Below are positions 32,750-42,443 of a DNA stretch of 64,000 nt, one piece after another. Positions within the stretch are counted from its first letter, which is position 1. Every line of letters begins with the position of its first letter. The stretch is from an uncultured Phycisphaeraceae bacterium (lineage in GTDB: Bacteria > Planctomycetota > Phycisphaerae > Phycisphaerales > UBA1924), in assembly GCA_964529265.1 (NCBI GenBank), contig CAZGVW010000033.1:12454-76453 (forward strand), in the 5' to 3' direction. The notes below the pieces were generated by a model, which saw only the letters and a program-made list of their open reading frames with translations, made no database searches and had not been told where the DNA came from. A program made the position numbers and the translations under genes.

Positions 32750-33432
32750 AGAGTCTCTGGATCATCATCTCGACCCTGGCGATCGCGAACCTGCTGGCCC
32801 TCATCGGGTTCGGAGCGTGGCTTCACACCAGCGACCGGCTGGACGGCGAGCGACTGGAGCGCGTGCGCCGGATCTTTGCTGACACACGGACCGTGGAGCG
32901 GACCCGGCAGGAGGAGGAGGAGCGGAAGCAGGAGGAGGCGAGGCAAGCCGCGGCTGAACAGGCCCGGGCCGATCTGCCGCCGCTCACGGCCGATCAGCGG
33001 CTCGCGCAGGCGCGGGACCAGGCGGACGTCGCGGCGCTGCGGCTGGGCCGGGTGCATCGGGAGGTGGAGGACCTCCGCGCGGTCCTGCTCAAGGAGCGGG
33101 CGAGCCTCGACGCGGACACCGAAGCCCTGGCGAAGGAGCGCGCGGAGTTCGAGGCGATGCGGGCCCGGATCATGGACATGGAGGGGGATGAGCAGTTCAA
33201 GAAATCGCTCTCTCTGTACGAATCGCTGCCCGCGGAGAAGGCCAGGGAGATGCTCTTGGCGCTCGTCGAGCAGGGCGAGGTCGAGCAGGTCGTCGCCTAC
33301 CTGAACTCGATGCAGACCCGGACTGCGAAAAAGATCGTGGAGGGGATCGAAGACCCCAAACTGGCAGCGGATTTGCTCGAACGGCTCCGGACGCGCGGCC
33401 TTGAAGCCCGCGCCTCCGGGACCGATCCATGA
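32746..33432 (+). CDS. YlxF/MotE-like flagellar protein (MgtE-N-like helical domain)
   Basis: An N-terminal TM helix is followed by a charged coiled coil and the C-terminal sequence PAEKAREMLLALVEQGEVEQVVAYLNSMQTRTAKKIVEGI. Its position matches B. subtilis ylxF. Confidence 0.6.
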   Translation: MKSLWIIISTLAIANLLALIGFGAWLHTSDRLDGERLERVRRIFADTRTVERTRQEEEERKQEEARQAAAEQARADLPPLTADQRLAQARDQADVAALRLGRVHREVEDLRAVLLKERASLDADTEALAKERAEFEAMRARIMDMEGDEQFKKSLSLYESLPAEKAREMLLALVEQGEVEQVVAYLNSMQTRTAKKIVEGIEDPKLAADLLERLRTRGLEARASGTDP

Positions 33433-35234
33433 GCACGATTCTGCTTGAAGCCATTCAGAGCGCGCCGAAGCCGACGCCGAGCCGTGGAAACGGCCCGGAC
33501 GCGGGTGTCGGGAGCGCGGGCGATGCGCTTGGCGCTTCGCACGCGGGTCATCGGACATTCGGAGAGGCTGTGGAGGCGCGGCTGAAGGAAACTGCGCCGA
33601 GCGCGGCCGAATCAGCGCCTTCCGGCGCATCAACTGCGCTCCCCGAGCCCGATCTGCAGGAAGAGCCTGTCGGTGCTCAGGAAGAACCCGACGCCGGCTT
33701 GGCCCAAGCCGGCGCCGAGGAGGCGACGCAATCAGATCCTGCCGGATCGACTGATGTCGCCCCGTCAAATGAAGTGGCTGGCGCGGTGGCGGATCGACCG
33801 GGCGCTGCCGGCGAGGCTCAGGGCCCACGGAGCATCGAAGCCGCATCGCGCCCGGACGGCGAAGCCAGACCCGACCAGACGTCGAATGCGCGATTGGGCG
33901 CGGTTCAGCCCGAAGGCGGCAAGGCTCAGCCCCACTCGGACAAGGCGCACACGTTGTCGTCACCCGGCCGGAGCCCGGTGGCGAGTTCGCAGGATATTCC
34001 GCGCCATGCGGCGTCCTCGTCGGAAGTCGGCGCTTTGATCCAGACGGGCCCACGCGCCAAGGCTGAGAACGCAGATACGTCCGCTCCGCCAAACGGTGAT
34101 GGGCGGCCGCCCGGAACGGCGGGCGGCGCCCCGGCGTCGCCAACCAGCTCCGCGAGCCCACCCGAATTGAAGGGTCACCCAGACCCGCGGCTGCAGGGGC
34201 CAGCCGAACGACCTCTCGCGCAGCCGACGGCGAATCAGGATCCCACCACCGCGGTGACTCCACGCGAAAGCGGGTCGCACAAGCAAGCCGAGGAGCCGGC
34301 GATCGTGAAGCACACAGCGCCAAGCACCGCGCCCGCAAGCGGTTCTCTGGCTGACTCAGCGCAGGACTCCGAGCAGGGCGAGCAAAGCCCCGCCTCTCTG
34401 GAGCAGAGGCGCACCGCGCCCGAACGCCCGCAGGATTCGGCGCCGGTGAAGGACGGAAAGTCGTTCGCAGACGCAATCCGCGCCGATCCCGCCTCCGGTG
34501 AGTCTCGAGCCCCAACTCGCGAAGGCGGCGGCGGCTCCGCTCGCGAGAGCACCCAGCCGCGGGCTGAGGATGGCGGGTCGCCAGTGGCGCGCGAGTCAGG
34601 CGCAACACATGCCCGAGCGCCGATCGCAGGGACACCTCCAACACCCGCTGGAACCGCATCGTCGGCGCTTACCGGCGGCCAGGCCGGGGCGCACAGCCGC
34701 GGATCCGCGGCGGAAAACGCAGCCTTCCAGGCGTCCGTTGCGCGAGGCCTCGCCGCGGCGGTGCGTCAGAATGGGGGCGCCGTCACTGTGCGGCTCTCAC
34801 CCCCGCTTCTGGGCGCCCTCCGCATCGACATGCAGATCAGCCGCGGCGCCGTGACCGCTCAGTTCGAGGTCGGCGGCGAAGAGGCACGCCAGTTGCTCAC
34901 TCAGCACATGACCAGCCTTCGCTCCATGCTCGAGGCCAAGGGTCTCAGCGTCGAGCGATTGCACGTGAACATGAGCCCGGCGCCTTCGGCCGGCAACGGC
35001 CCGAATGATGGCGCGCCGCAGGATGCGGGCGGAAACGGGCAGACTCAGGGGCGCTCGCCGCAGCAGGACGCGGCGGACGGGCGCAGCCGCGGGTGGTCCG
35101 ATCGCCGGGAGGATCCCGGCGGCGGCGCGAGAGGCCCAGATGGGGCCGGACCGGGTCCGGAGGGCGCGGCCGGCGACCACTTGGAAGACGTGTTCTCGAC
35201 GCGGCTGAGGCGGAGCCTCAACGCTGTTGCGTGA
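33429..35234 (+). CDS. fliK: Flagellar hook-length control protein FliK
   Basis: The N-terminus is Pro/Ala/Ser-rich and looks disordered. The C-terminal Flg_hook-type domain is VTVRLSPPLLGALRIDMQISRGAVTAQFEV...LEAKGLSVERLHV. Confidence 0.85.
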   Translation: MSTILLEAIQSAPKPTPSRGNGPDAGVGSAGDALGASHAGHRTFGEAVEARLKETAPSAAESAPSGASTALPEPDLQEEPVGAQEEPDAGLAQAGAEEATQSDPAGSTDVAPSNEVAGAVADRPGAAGEAQGPRSIEAASRPDGEARPDQTSNARLGAVQPEGGKAQPHSDKAHTLSSPGRSPVASSQDIPRHAASSSEVGALIQTGPRAKAENADTSAPPNGDGRPPGTAGGAPASPTSSASPPELKGHPDPRLQGPAERPLAQPTANQDPTTAVTPRESGSHKQAEEPAIVKHTAPSTAPASGSLADSAQDSEQGEQSPASLEQRRTAPERPQDSAPVKDGKSFADAIRADPASGESRAPTREGGGGSARESTQPRAEDGGSPVARESGATHARAPIAGTPPTPAGTASSALTGGQAGAHSRGSAAENAAFQASVARGLAAAVRQNGGAVTVRLSPPLLGALRIDMQISRGAVTAQFEVGGEEARQLLTQHMTSLRSMLEAKGLSVERLHVNMSPAPSAGNGPNDGAPQDAGGNGQTQGRSPQQDAADGRSRGWSDRREDPGGGARGPDGAGPGPEGAAGDHLEDVFSTRLRRSLNAVA

Positions 35235-35303
35235 AGGACGCCGGCCAAGCCGGCGACCTGAGGAAAGCGCGCTGCGGATTCGCTGCGCGCCGGAGGCGAC
35301 GCC

Positions 35304-35771
35304 ATGTCGGCGATTGATTCGGTCTCGACATCCAATCCGCCCAGCGCCACGAACGCCTTCGATGCCTTCGGCAGCGATGAGTTCCTGCGCATCATGCTCA
35401 CGGAACTCTCCAACCAGGATCCGCTGGCGCCGAGCGATACGAAGGAAATCCTGCAGCAGGTCGGGACGATCCGCTCGATCGAATCCGACCTCGCGCTGAC
35501 CAAGCGGCTCGATTCGCTCGTGCAGCAGAACGAGGTCGCCGCGGCCGGAAACCTTATTGGCAAGTACGTCGCGGGCCGGACGGACGCGGGAGAGGCCACG
35601 GAAAACCTGGTGGTCTCGGTGAGCGTGACGCGCGAGGGTCCGCTGCTCAACCTTCTCGATGGCCGGCGCATGCCGTTCGAGAACGTGGAGGAGATCGTGG
35701 ACCCGGCGCTGTTCCGCTCGGCGCCATCGAATGCCGCGGGCTCGGGGGATTCAGTGGAGCAGGCGCGCTAG
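35304..35771 (+). CDS. flgD: Flagellar hook capping/assembly protein FlgD
   Basis: The motif DEFLRIMLTELSNQDPLAPSDTKEILQQVGTIRSIES is present. Confidence 0.9.
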   Translation: MSAIDSVSTSNPPSATNAFDAFGSDEFLRIMLTELSNQDPLAPSDTKEILQQVGTIRSIESDLALTKRLDSLVQQNEVAAAGNLIGKYVAGRTDAGEATENLVVSVSVTREGPLLNLLDGRRMPFENVEEIVDPALFRSAPSNAAGSGDSVEQAR

Positions 35772-35783
35772 CGCAAGGAGGCG

Positions 35784-36281
35784 GTGGTGACGATCAATGC
35801 CGGCGATCTACTGCGCGTGCTCGGCTCCGGCGTGCGGCCTGATGGCGCATCGCTCGGGGCCGGCGCCAGGCCGCCCATCGAAGGGCTGGATTTTGCCTCG
35901 CTCCTGCGGCGGGCGGAGACCGGGTCAATCGGCAGCGGTCGCGAGGTGACGCTGCCTGCGGGAATCGAACTGAGCGAAGAGTCGAAACAGCGACTCGCCG
36001 CCGCGGCGGACGCCGCGGAGGCCTCAGGGGCGCGCACGCTGCTCGCTGTCGTTGGAGGCTCCGCGCTGCTGGTGGATGTGGCGACGCGCATCGCTTCGCA
36101 TGCAGCCCCGGGACCGGGCGGCGTGGTGACGGCGATCGACGCCGCCGTATCGCTTGATGCGCCGCCGACGGACTCGGCGCCCGGGCCGATCGGCGCCGCG
36201 GGGCCCCGCGGCTTCATCGCGAATCGCTTCGTGGCGGATGCGCTGGCCGGAGCGCTCGGCGGCCCGAAACCGGCCGCCTGA
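35784..36281 (+). CDS. Uncharacterised flagellar-operon protein (possibly the TIGR02530-type family found between flgD and flgE)
   Basis: The call rests on its position and on the pattern IELSEESKQRLAAAADAAEASGARTLLAVVGGSALLVDVATRIAS, which resembles that family. The assignment is weak. Confidence 0.45.
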   Translation: MVTINAGDLLRVLGSGVRPDGASLGAGARPPIEGLDFASLLRRAETGSIGSGREVTLPAGIELSEESKQRLAAAADAAEASGARTLLAVVGGSALLVDVATRIASHAAPGPGGVVTAIDAAVSLDAPPTDSAPGPIGAAGPRGFIANRFVADALAGALGGPKPAA

Positions 36282-36316
36282 TCGTGAGCAGTTGACGAGA
36301 CACGAGGAGCAACAGA

Positions 36317-38074
36317 ATGGCTTCCACAACCGCACTCTTGACCGGCCTCTCAGGCCTGAACGCGAACTCGCGGCGGCTCGAGGTGATCGGCAACAACATC
36401 TCGAACATCAATACGACCGCGTTCAAGTCGAACCGCGTGCTCTTCGCGCCGTCGCTGAGCCGAAACCTGAGCCTGGGCACGGGCCCATCGGGCGTCAGCG
36501 GCGGCACGAATCCGTCGCAGGTAGGCCTGGGTGTGCGCATCGCGGGCACGCAGCGCAACTTCAACAACGGCGCCGTCTCCACGACCGGCGTGAGCACGGA
36601 CCTCGCGATTGAAGGCAACGGCTTCTTCGTGGTGAGCCGCGCCGATCAGCAGTTCTTCACGCGGGCGGGCGCGTTCCAGCTGAACAGCGAGCGAGATCTC
36701 GTCACGATCTCGGGCGACCGTGTGCAGGGCTACGCGATCGACGACAACTTCACGATCGTCGAGGGGCAGTTGACCGACCTCAACATCCCCGTGGGCGCCC
36801 TGACGATCGCGGAAGCGACGGAGAACGTCCAGTTCCAGGGCAACCTGAACGCGAACATCGACGGTCTGCCGACGCAGGGGGCGCTCGTCTCATTCGATGC
36901 GCCCCTCCTCGACGTGGCGGACAGCGCGACGCCGCTGACGGGCGCGAGCCTGCTCACATCCATCGACGACCCATCGAACCCGGGCACGGCGGTGTTCCCC
37001 GGCGCCGGCCTCGACTACACCTTCACGATCAGCGGCGCGATGAAGGGCAACCGCGTCGTCCCCACCCAGTCGCTCACCGTCACCGCGGCGAGTACGGTCC
37101 AGGACCTGCTCGACTTCATCAACGATGTCTTCGGGATCGTGCCGGGCCAGGTGAATCCGGACGGCGCCACGACCGGCGCCCAGATCGACGCCGCCGGCAA
37201 CATCACGATCGTCGGAAACACCGGCGAGGCGAACAACATCACCTTCGACGAGGCGAACATCGCCATTACCGATGGCATGGGCGCCGCCGTGATGAACCCG
37301 CTTACGCTCAGCCAGGATCCGCTGAACGGACTTGCCGATGGCGAGAGCGTGCGGACCACGTTCCTGGCGTTCGATTCCCTCGGCGCCCCGGTCGAAGTGG
37401 ACCTCACGCTCGTCTTCGAATCGGCCGGCGCGACCGGCACCACTTGGCGCTACTACGTGGACTCCGAAGACAACGTGGACCCGCTGGACATCAACCTGAA
37501 CGTAGCCACCGGCACGATCGATTTCGATAACTTCGGCCGCCTCGTCGATCCCTCTCCGCTCCAGATCTCGATCGATCGCATCGGCACCGGCGCCGAATCG
37601 CCCCTCATGTTCGCGCTTCGCTTCAGCGAGGGCCAGAACAGCGTGACCGCGCTCGTCGATCCGAATCCCGACGCCACTTCCGAGGTGGCGGCCACGTTCC
37701 AGGACGGCGTCCCCCTCGGAACGCTCTCCAGCTTCTCGTTCGGCGAAGATGGCGTCATCACGGGCTCGTTCACGAACGGAGTGACGCGCACGCTGGGGCA
37801 GATCGCGTTCGCCACGTTTACCAATCCCGAAGGCTTGGTGGACGCCGGCGCCAACCTGTTCGCCATCGGCCCGAACTCGGGCACCGCCATCATTGCGAAC
37901 CCGGGCGCCTTCGGCACCGGCCGCGTCATCGGGGGCGCGCTCGAACTCTCCAACGTCGACCTCGGCGAGGAGTTCACGAACCTGATCCTGACGACCACCG
38001 GCTACTCGGCGTCGTCCCGCGTCATCACGACCACCGACCAGATGCTGCAACAGCTGGTGGCGATCGGCCGATAA
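36317..38074 (+). CDS. flgE: Flagellar hook protein FlgE
   Basis: The N-terminus is TGLSGLNANSRRLEVIGNNISNINTTAFK and the C-terminus is ALELSNVDLGEEFTNLILTTTGYSASSRVITTTDQMLQQL. Confidence 0.95.
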   Translation: MASTTALLTGLSGLNANSRRLEVIGNNISNINTTAFKSNRVLFAPSLSRNLSLGTGPSGVSGGTNPSQVGLGVRIAGTQRNFNNGAVSTTGVSTDLAIEGNGFFVVSRADQQFFTRAGAFQLNSERDLVTISGDRVQGYAIDDNFTIVEGQLTDLNIPVGALTIAEATENVQFQGNLNANIDGLPTQGALVSFDAPLLDVADSATPLTGASLLTSIDDPSNPGTAVFPGAGLDYTFTISGAMKGNRVVPTQSLTVTAASTVQDLLDFINDVFGIVPGQVNPDGATTGAQIDAAGNITIVGNTGEANNITFDEANIAITDGMGAAVMNPLTLSQDPLNGLADGESVRTTFLAFDSLGAPVEVDLTLVFESAGATGTTWRYYVDSEDNVDPLDINLNVATGTIDFDNFGRLVDPSPLQISIDRIGTGAESPLMFALRFSEGQNSVTALVDPNPDATSEVAATFQDGVPLGTLSSFSFGEDGVITGSFTNGVTRTLGQIAFATFTNPEGLVDAGANLFAIGPNSGTAIIANPGAFGTGRVIGGALELSNVDLGEEFTNLILTTTGYSASSRVITTTDQMLQQLVAIGR

Positions 38075-38092
38075 CCGCGGCTGACCGCCGGA

Positions 38093-38114
38093 CCGCCGCG
38101 GGAATCCGCGGCGG
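38093..38114 (+). other. Perfect 9-bp GC stem-loop just after flgE (possible attenuator or processing site; no U-tract)
   Basis: The structure is CCGCCGCGG-GAAT-CCGCGGCGG, beginning 19 nt after the flgE stop. Confidence 0.4.
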
Positions 38115-38202
38115 CGATCATGCCGGCCGAGGGGCAGGCCGATAGACACGGGCAAGCCGCGCGCCGGCCCGGTTTTCCCGGGAAAGCCGCGGCGGGGAGA
38201 CC

Positions 38203-38745
38203 GTGTCCATGGCCGATGAAGCACCCAAGTCGCCTGAGCAGGAAGGCGACCAGGGGAAGAAGAAGGGGCTGCCGCTCAAGACGATCATCATCGTCCTCGT
38301 CCTTCTCGTGGGCGAGGCGGCGGGCGTCATCGTCGCCATGTCCATGCTCGGCAAGCCCTCCGCGGTACAGGGGCACGGCATCGAGACCACGCACGAAGAC
38401 CTCGAGAACACCCTGCACGAGGTGCTCATCGTCGGGGACCGCTTCCCCAACCACCACACCGGACGCGTCTGGCTGTGGGAGACAGAAGTGCAGATGACCG
38501 TGAAGGAAAAGCACCTTCTCGCCGTCGAGGAGACCCTTGAAGCGCGGGCCGCGGAGATCAAGACCGGCATCAGCCAGATCATCCGCACTGCGCATCACAA
38601 CCACCTGAAAGAGCCGAACCTCGAGACGCTGACCCGGCAGTTCCGCGAGTTCCTGCGCCAGATCTTCGGGGACGATGCCGAGGGCGAGCCCCGGGTTCAG
38701 GCGGTGCTCATCCCCAAGTGCGTCGGCTTCCCGGCGGACTTCTGA
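38203..38745 (+). CDS. fliL: Flagellar basal body-associated protein FliL
   Basis: A short charged N-terminus is followed by a single TM helix (LKTIIIVLVLLVGEAAGVIVAMSML) and a periplasmic domain. An alternative start is ATG 38209. Confidence 0.8.
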   Translation: MSMADEAPKSPEQEGDQGKKKGLPLKTIIIVLVLLVGEAAGVIVAMSMLGKPSAVQGHGIETTHEDLENTLHEVLIVGDRFPNHHTGRVWLWETEVQMTVKEKHLLAVEETLEARAAEIKTGISQIIRTAHHNHLKEPNLETLTRQFREFLRQIFGDDAEGEPRVQAVLIPKCVGFPADF

Positions 38746-38928
38746 TCACCGCTCGCACGGGATGAAGCGGCAGGATTTGCGCTCGGCGCGCCGCGGCGCA
38801 AAAAGGTGATTCCATCACGCAGTTGACGCCGATAGGCAGGTCCCGTCGTGGGCTCTGCGCACATGCCATGCGCAGGGAATGCGCTGTCGCGAAGGCCGGC
38901 GGAGCCGGACCCGGAAAGGACGGTCAGG

Positions 38929-39474
38929 ATGGCCGACGAGCAGATCGAGCGCGAAGAGGAGAAGCCGGCAGCCGGCGCGGCGCCCGAACCGGCGGAAGCC
39001 GCGGAGGCGCCCGAGCCCGCAGGGTCCGGCAAGCCGCAGAGCGCTGCGGAGGCCCTGGCGCAGCAGGCGCTCAAGACCGCGGCTGAGGCGGTGTCGAACC
39101 TCGCCGCCGACGGCGGCAAGCCGAACGGAAGGAAGAACGGGAAGGGCGCGCCGGAGAGCGCGGAAACTGTCGAATTTCCCGTCCTCGACGCGACCGAACT
39201 GAATGGCGAATCGGAGGGGATCGACCTCCTCTCCGATGTGAACCTGCAGGTCAAGATCGAACTCGGGCGCACGCGCATGTTCGTGGAGGATGTGCTGCGC
39301 CTGCGCGAAGGCGCCGTGGTCGAACTCGACAAACTGGCCGGCGACCCGGTGGACGTGTACGTGAACGATCGCCCGGTGGCTCGCGGCGAAGTCCTGATCC
39401 TGAACGACAACTTCTGTGTGCGCATCAATGAGATCCTCGCCGTGGCGCCCAAGGTGCGCGGCCGCGGCGATTGA
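38929..39474 (+). CDS. fliN: Flagellar motor switch protein FliN
   Basis: The C-terminal SpoA domain is LLSDVNLQVKIELGRTRMFVEDVLRLREGAVVELDKLAGDPVDVYVNDRPVARGEVLILNDNFCVRINEI. The N-terminus is acidic and low-complexity. Confidence 0.9.
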   Translation: MADEQIEREEEKPAAGAAPEPAEAAEAPEPAGSGKPQSAAEALAQQALKTAAEAVSNLAADGGKPNGRKNGKGAPESAETVEFPVLDATELNGESEGIDLLSDVNLQVKIELGRTRMFVEDVLRLREGAVVELDKLAGDPVDVYVNDRPVARGEVLILNDNFCVRINEILAVAPKVRGRGD

Positions 39475-39522
39475 GTCGAGAGTGACGGCGTCGGAGACGC
39501 CGGGAAGGCCAGGAAGGCTGAG

Positions 39523-40407
39523 ATGGCGCGGCGATGGTGTGAATCCGGCCGGTTCGTGCGCGACTCGATCGCGGCCGGCGTCCTTGCCGCCGGGGTTGCG
39601 GTGGGTGGGTCCGCGCTGGGCGGGTCGGGCGGATCCGATGTCACACCGCTTGACGCCTCGGCGCCGGCCCCGGAGTTCGATCCGACACGCGCTCTTGTCG
39701 AGGCGCTTTCGGAACAGGCCCCCGAAACCGCGGTCAATCAAGCACCGCCCGGCGATGAATCGCTGAGCGAAGCGCGACGGGCGTCCACGCCAAGCCAGGA
39801 AGCGCTGCCCCTTGGCCCCGCGACTCGGCGGACCCAATCACCGAGCGACGACGCCTCCCAGGCGCGCAGCGGAGGCGCACTGGATGGCGGCGCAGGCGTT
39901 GCCCGCACGGTGCTGGCGCTGGGCGCCGTCATCGGGCTGATCCTCGTGCTCCGTTTCGGCGTCAAGCGAGTCGCGGGCTCCGCGGGCGGGCTGCTCTCAC
40001 AACTCGGGCCGGGTGGGCGGGCCCCATCGGGGCTGGTCACCATCCTCGGCCGGTATCCGGTCGGCCGCGGGCAGACGCTGGTGCTGCTCAAGCTGGACAG
40101 CCGCGTGCTGCTGATGTGCCAGACGGCCGAGGGCTTTCGCACGTTGAGCGAAGTGACTGCGCCCGAGGAGGTTGCGTCCATCCTCGTGAAGACGCGCGAT
40201 GAGGACGGTGAATCGCTCGCGAGCCGGTTCCGCGGCATGCTGAGCGCCGTCGAACGGTCGGGGACGGATGGGGACGAGAGCAGCAGGTGGCCGACCTCGC
40301 CGCGGCAAGCGTGGATGAATGCGGAGGGTCACGAGGCCGTCCAGCCGGGGAGCGCCGTGAGCGCGCTCCGGCGCCGGCTCGAGTCTCTTCGGGGCGCAGA
40401 GTCATGA
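39523..40407 (+). CDS. fliO: FliO-family flagellar biosynthesis protein with a long N-terminal extension
   Basis: The TM helix VLALGAVIGLILVL is followed by LVTILGRYPVGRGQTLVLLKLDSRVLLMCQTAEGFRTL. The gene lies directly before fliP with an ATGA overlap. Confidence 0.7.
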   Translation: MARRWCESGRFVRDSIAAGVLAAGVAVGGSALGGSGGSDVTPLDASAPAPEFDPTRALVEALSEQAPETAVNQAPPGDESLSEARRASTPSQEALPLGPATRRTQSPSDDASQARSGGALDGGAGVARTVLALGAVIGLILVLRFGVKRVAGSAGGLLSQLGPGGRAPSGLVTILGRYPVGRGQTLVLLKLDSRVLLMCQTAEGFRTLSEVTAPEEVASILVKTRDEDGESLASRFRGMLSAVERSGTDGDESSRWPTSPRQAWMNAEGHEAVQPGSAVSALRRRLESLRGAES

Positions 40408-41348
40408 TCCGGGGTGTCGTGCTCCATCTCGCGTTCGCAGCGCTGCTGTGGCTCTTCGCCGTCCCTCCGGCGCATGCGCAGGAGGCGTTCGGACCGCCGG
40501 CGGATCTCGAGACGCTCCGCGCCCGGGCAACGCCGCCCGCGGCGTTTGTCGATGCGCTCGGCGTCGGCAATCTCGATGACCCGGCCGCCTTTGCGAATCC
40601 CGTGACCATGCTCCGCGAGGCGGCCGATGCGGCGCCGGGCTTCGAGGGAGGGTTGTCCGGCGCCATCCGCATCATGATCCTGCTCACGGCGCTCTCCATT
40701 GCGCCGGCGGTCATGATCATGACGACGTGCTTCGTGCGCATCATCGTGGTGCTCGGTCTGCTCAAGCAGGCGATGGGCACGCAGACGCTGCCGCCATCTC
40801 AGGTGATCCTGGGCCTCAGCCTCATCGCGACGGTCATGGTGATGGCGCCCACGTTCGAGCGCGTGCACGCGGAGGCCATCGTCCCCTGGCGCGAGGGCCG
40901 GATCACGGATGAACTGGAGATGTGGGACCGCGCCAAGCAGCCGCTCCGCGACTTCATGTTCGACCAGATCGAGGCCACCGGGAACTGGTCCGGCGTCTAC
41001 ATGATGCTCAACTACAAGGGCGTGGATACGTCGCGGCCGGAGGACCTGAAGCGGTCGGACGTGGACACCGTCTCCCTGGCCTGCGCCTTCATGCTGAGCG
41101 AACTCAAGGTGGCGTTCCTGATGGGGTTCAAGGTGTATCTGCCCTTCCTGATCATCGACATGATCATCGCCAGCATCCTGATCTCCATGAGCATGATGAT
41201 GCTGCCGCCGGTGCTCATCAGTCTGCCGTTCAAGATCCTGCTCTTCGTGCTGGTGGATGGCTGGCAACTCCTCATGGGAAGCCTGATGACGAGCTTTGTC
41301 CAGCCGGAGGAGGCGGCGCGACTCTCGGCGATGGCGGCAGGGGGGTAG
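40404..41348 (+). CDS. fliP: Flagellar export apparatus protein FliP
   Basis: A signal peptide is present, with the sequences MTTCFVRIIVVLGLLKQAMGTQTLPPSQVILGLSL and FKVYLPFLIIDMIIASILISMSMMMLPP. Confidence 0.95.
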   Translation: MIRGVVLHLAFAALLWLFAVPPAHAQEAFGPPADLETLRARATPPAAFVDALGVGNLDDPAAFANPVTMLREAADAAPGFEGGLSGAIRIMILLTALSIAPAVMIMTTCFVRIIVVLGLLKQAMGTQTLPPSQVILGLSLIATVMVMAPTFERVHAEAIVPWREGRITDELEMWDRAKQPLRDFMFDQIEATGNWSGVYMMLNYKGVDTSRPEDLKRSDVDTVSLACAFMLSELKVAFLMGFKVYLPFLIIDMIIASILISMSMMMLPPVLISLPFKILLFVLVDGWQLLMGSLMTSFVQPEEAARLSAMAAGG

Positions 41349-41363
41349 CGCAGGAGGCGCGGC

Positions 41364-41621
41364 GTGGTCCTTGACGACTCCATCATCGAGATCGTGCGGC
41401 AGGCGCTCATCCTCGCGCTCAAGATCGCCGCGCCGATTCTCGGCGCCGGCGTCGCGATCGGCCTGCTGATCAGCATTTTCCAGTCGGTCACGTCGATCCA
41501 GGAGCAGACGATCGTCTTCGTGCCCAAGATTTTCGCCATGATCATCGTCACCGTGATGCTCATCTCGTGGATTGCGCAGCGGATCGCGGAGTTCGCGGTG
41601 GAGATGTTCTCGTTGCTCTGA
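41364..41621 (+). CDS. fliQ: Flagellar export apparatus protein FliQ
   Basis: The sequence ALKIAAPILGAGVAIGLLISIFQSVTSIQEQTIVFVPKI is present. The gene starts with GTG after GGAGG. Confidence 0.95.
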   Translation: MVLDDSIIEIVRQALILALKIAAPILGAGVAIGLLISIFQSVTSIQEQTIVFVPKIFAMIIVTVMLISWIAQRIAEFAVEMFSLL

Positions 41622-41635
41622 AGCACATCCTTGCC

Positions 41636-42415
41636 ATGCCCTCGCTGGAGGTCATCCTGCCGCACGCGCTCCCCTTCACCGCCGTCCTGGCGCGCATGGC
41701 GGGGATCTTCATCTTTGCGCCCGTGCTCGGCAGCCTCGCCATCCCGATCAAGATTAAGGTGCTGCTGGTCGTCGCCATGGCGCTCGTCGTCTATCCGACC
41801 ATCGACCACGGCGCATCGGCGCACGTCAGCGTCACCATCATCGACCTCGCGGGGATCGCCCTCGGCGAGACCATGGTCGGCTTCGTCATCGGCCTCATCG
41901 CGAGCCTGCCGATCCTCAGCGTCCAGATGGCCGGCCTGCTCATGGGTCAGCAGATGGGCCTCGGCCTCGCCAACGTCTTCAACCCGGCCGTGGACACCGA
42001 GGCCGACATCATCGGCCAGATGCTTCTTTATGCCGCGATGGCCGCCTTCCTGGCCTTCGACGGCCTCGAGGCCATGCACATGGCGCTGGTGGAAAGCTTC
42101 GCCCACGCGCCCCTCGGCGCTGTCGTCGCGGCCGAGGCGCCACTCGATCTCATCATCGGCCTCCTCCAGGCGGGCTTCGAACTCGCCCTGCGCGTCGCGG
42201 CGCCCGTCGTCTGCGTCCTGTTCCTCGAGACCATCGCCGCGGGCCTCATCATGAAGACTGTCCCGCAGATCAACATCCTGAGCTTCGGCTTCCCCATCAA
42301 GATTCTCATGGGCATATTCGTGCTCATCGCCGCCCTGAACGTGATCGATGAAGCCGTCGCCGTGGACGTGGCGGAAGCCATCACCTCCGCACTCCGCTGG
42401 GTGAGAACCCTCTGA
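41636..42415 (+). CDS. fliR: Flagellar export apparatus protein FliR
   Basis: The sequence FTAVLARMAGIFIFAPVLGS and a multi-TM body identify FliR. It lies between fliQ and flhB. Confidence 0.9.
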   Translation: MPSLEVILPHALPFTAVLARMAGIFIFAPVLGSLAIPIKIKVLLVVAMALVVYPTIDHGASAHVSVTIIDLAGIALGETMVGFVIGLIASLPILSVQMAGLLMGQQMGLGLANVFNPAVDTEADIIGQMLLYAAMAAFLAFDGLEAMHMALVESFAHAPLGAVVAAEAPLDLIIGLLQAGFELALRVAAPVVCVLFLETIAAGLIMKTVPQINILSFGFPIKILMGIFVLIAALNVIDEAVAVDVAEAITSALRWVRTL

Positions 42416-42443
42416 AAGGAGCGGCGCACAGCGCCTCCGAACC

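Noticed and set aside
38134-38141. GCCGATAG boxes upstream of fliL (38134) and fliN (38828), plus GCCGATAA at the flgE stop (38067), considered as sigma28 -10 elements.
   Set aside because: None has a TAAA-like -35 element at the N11/N15 distance, unlike the promoter at 48217. They may be chance matches in GC-rich DNA. I mention them only within the spacer finding.
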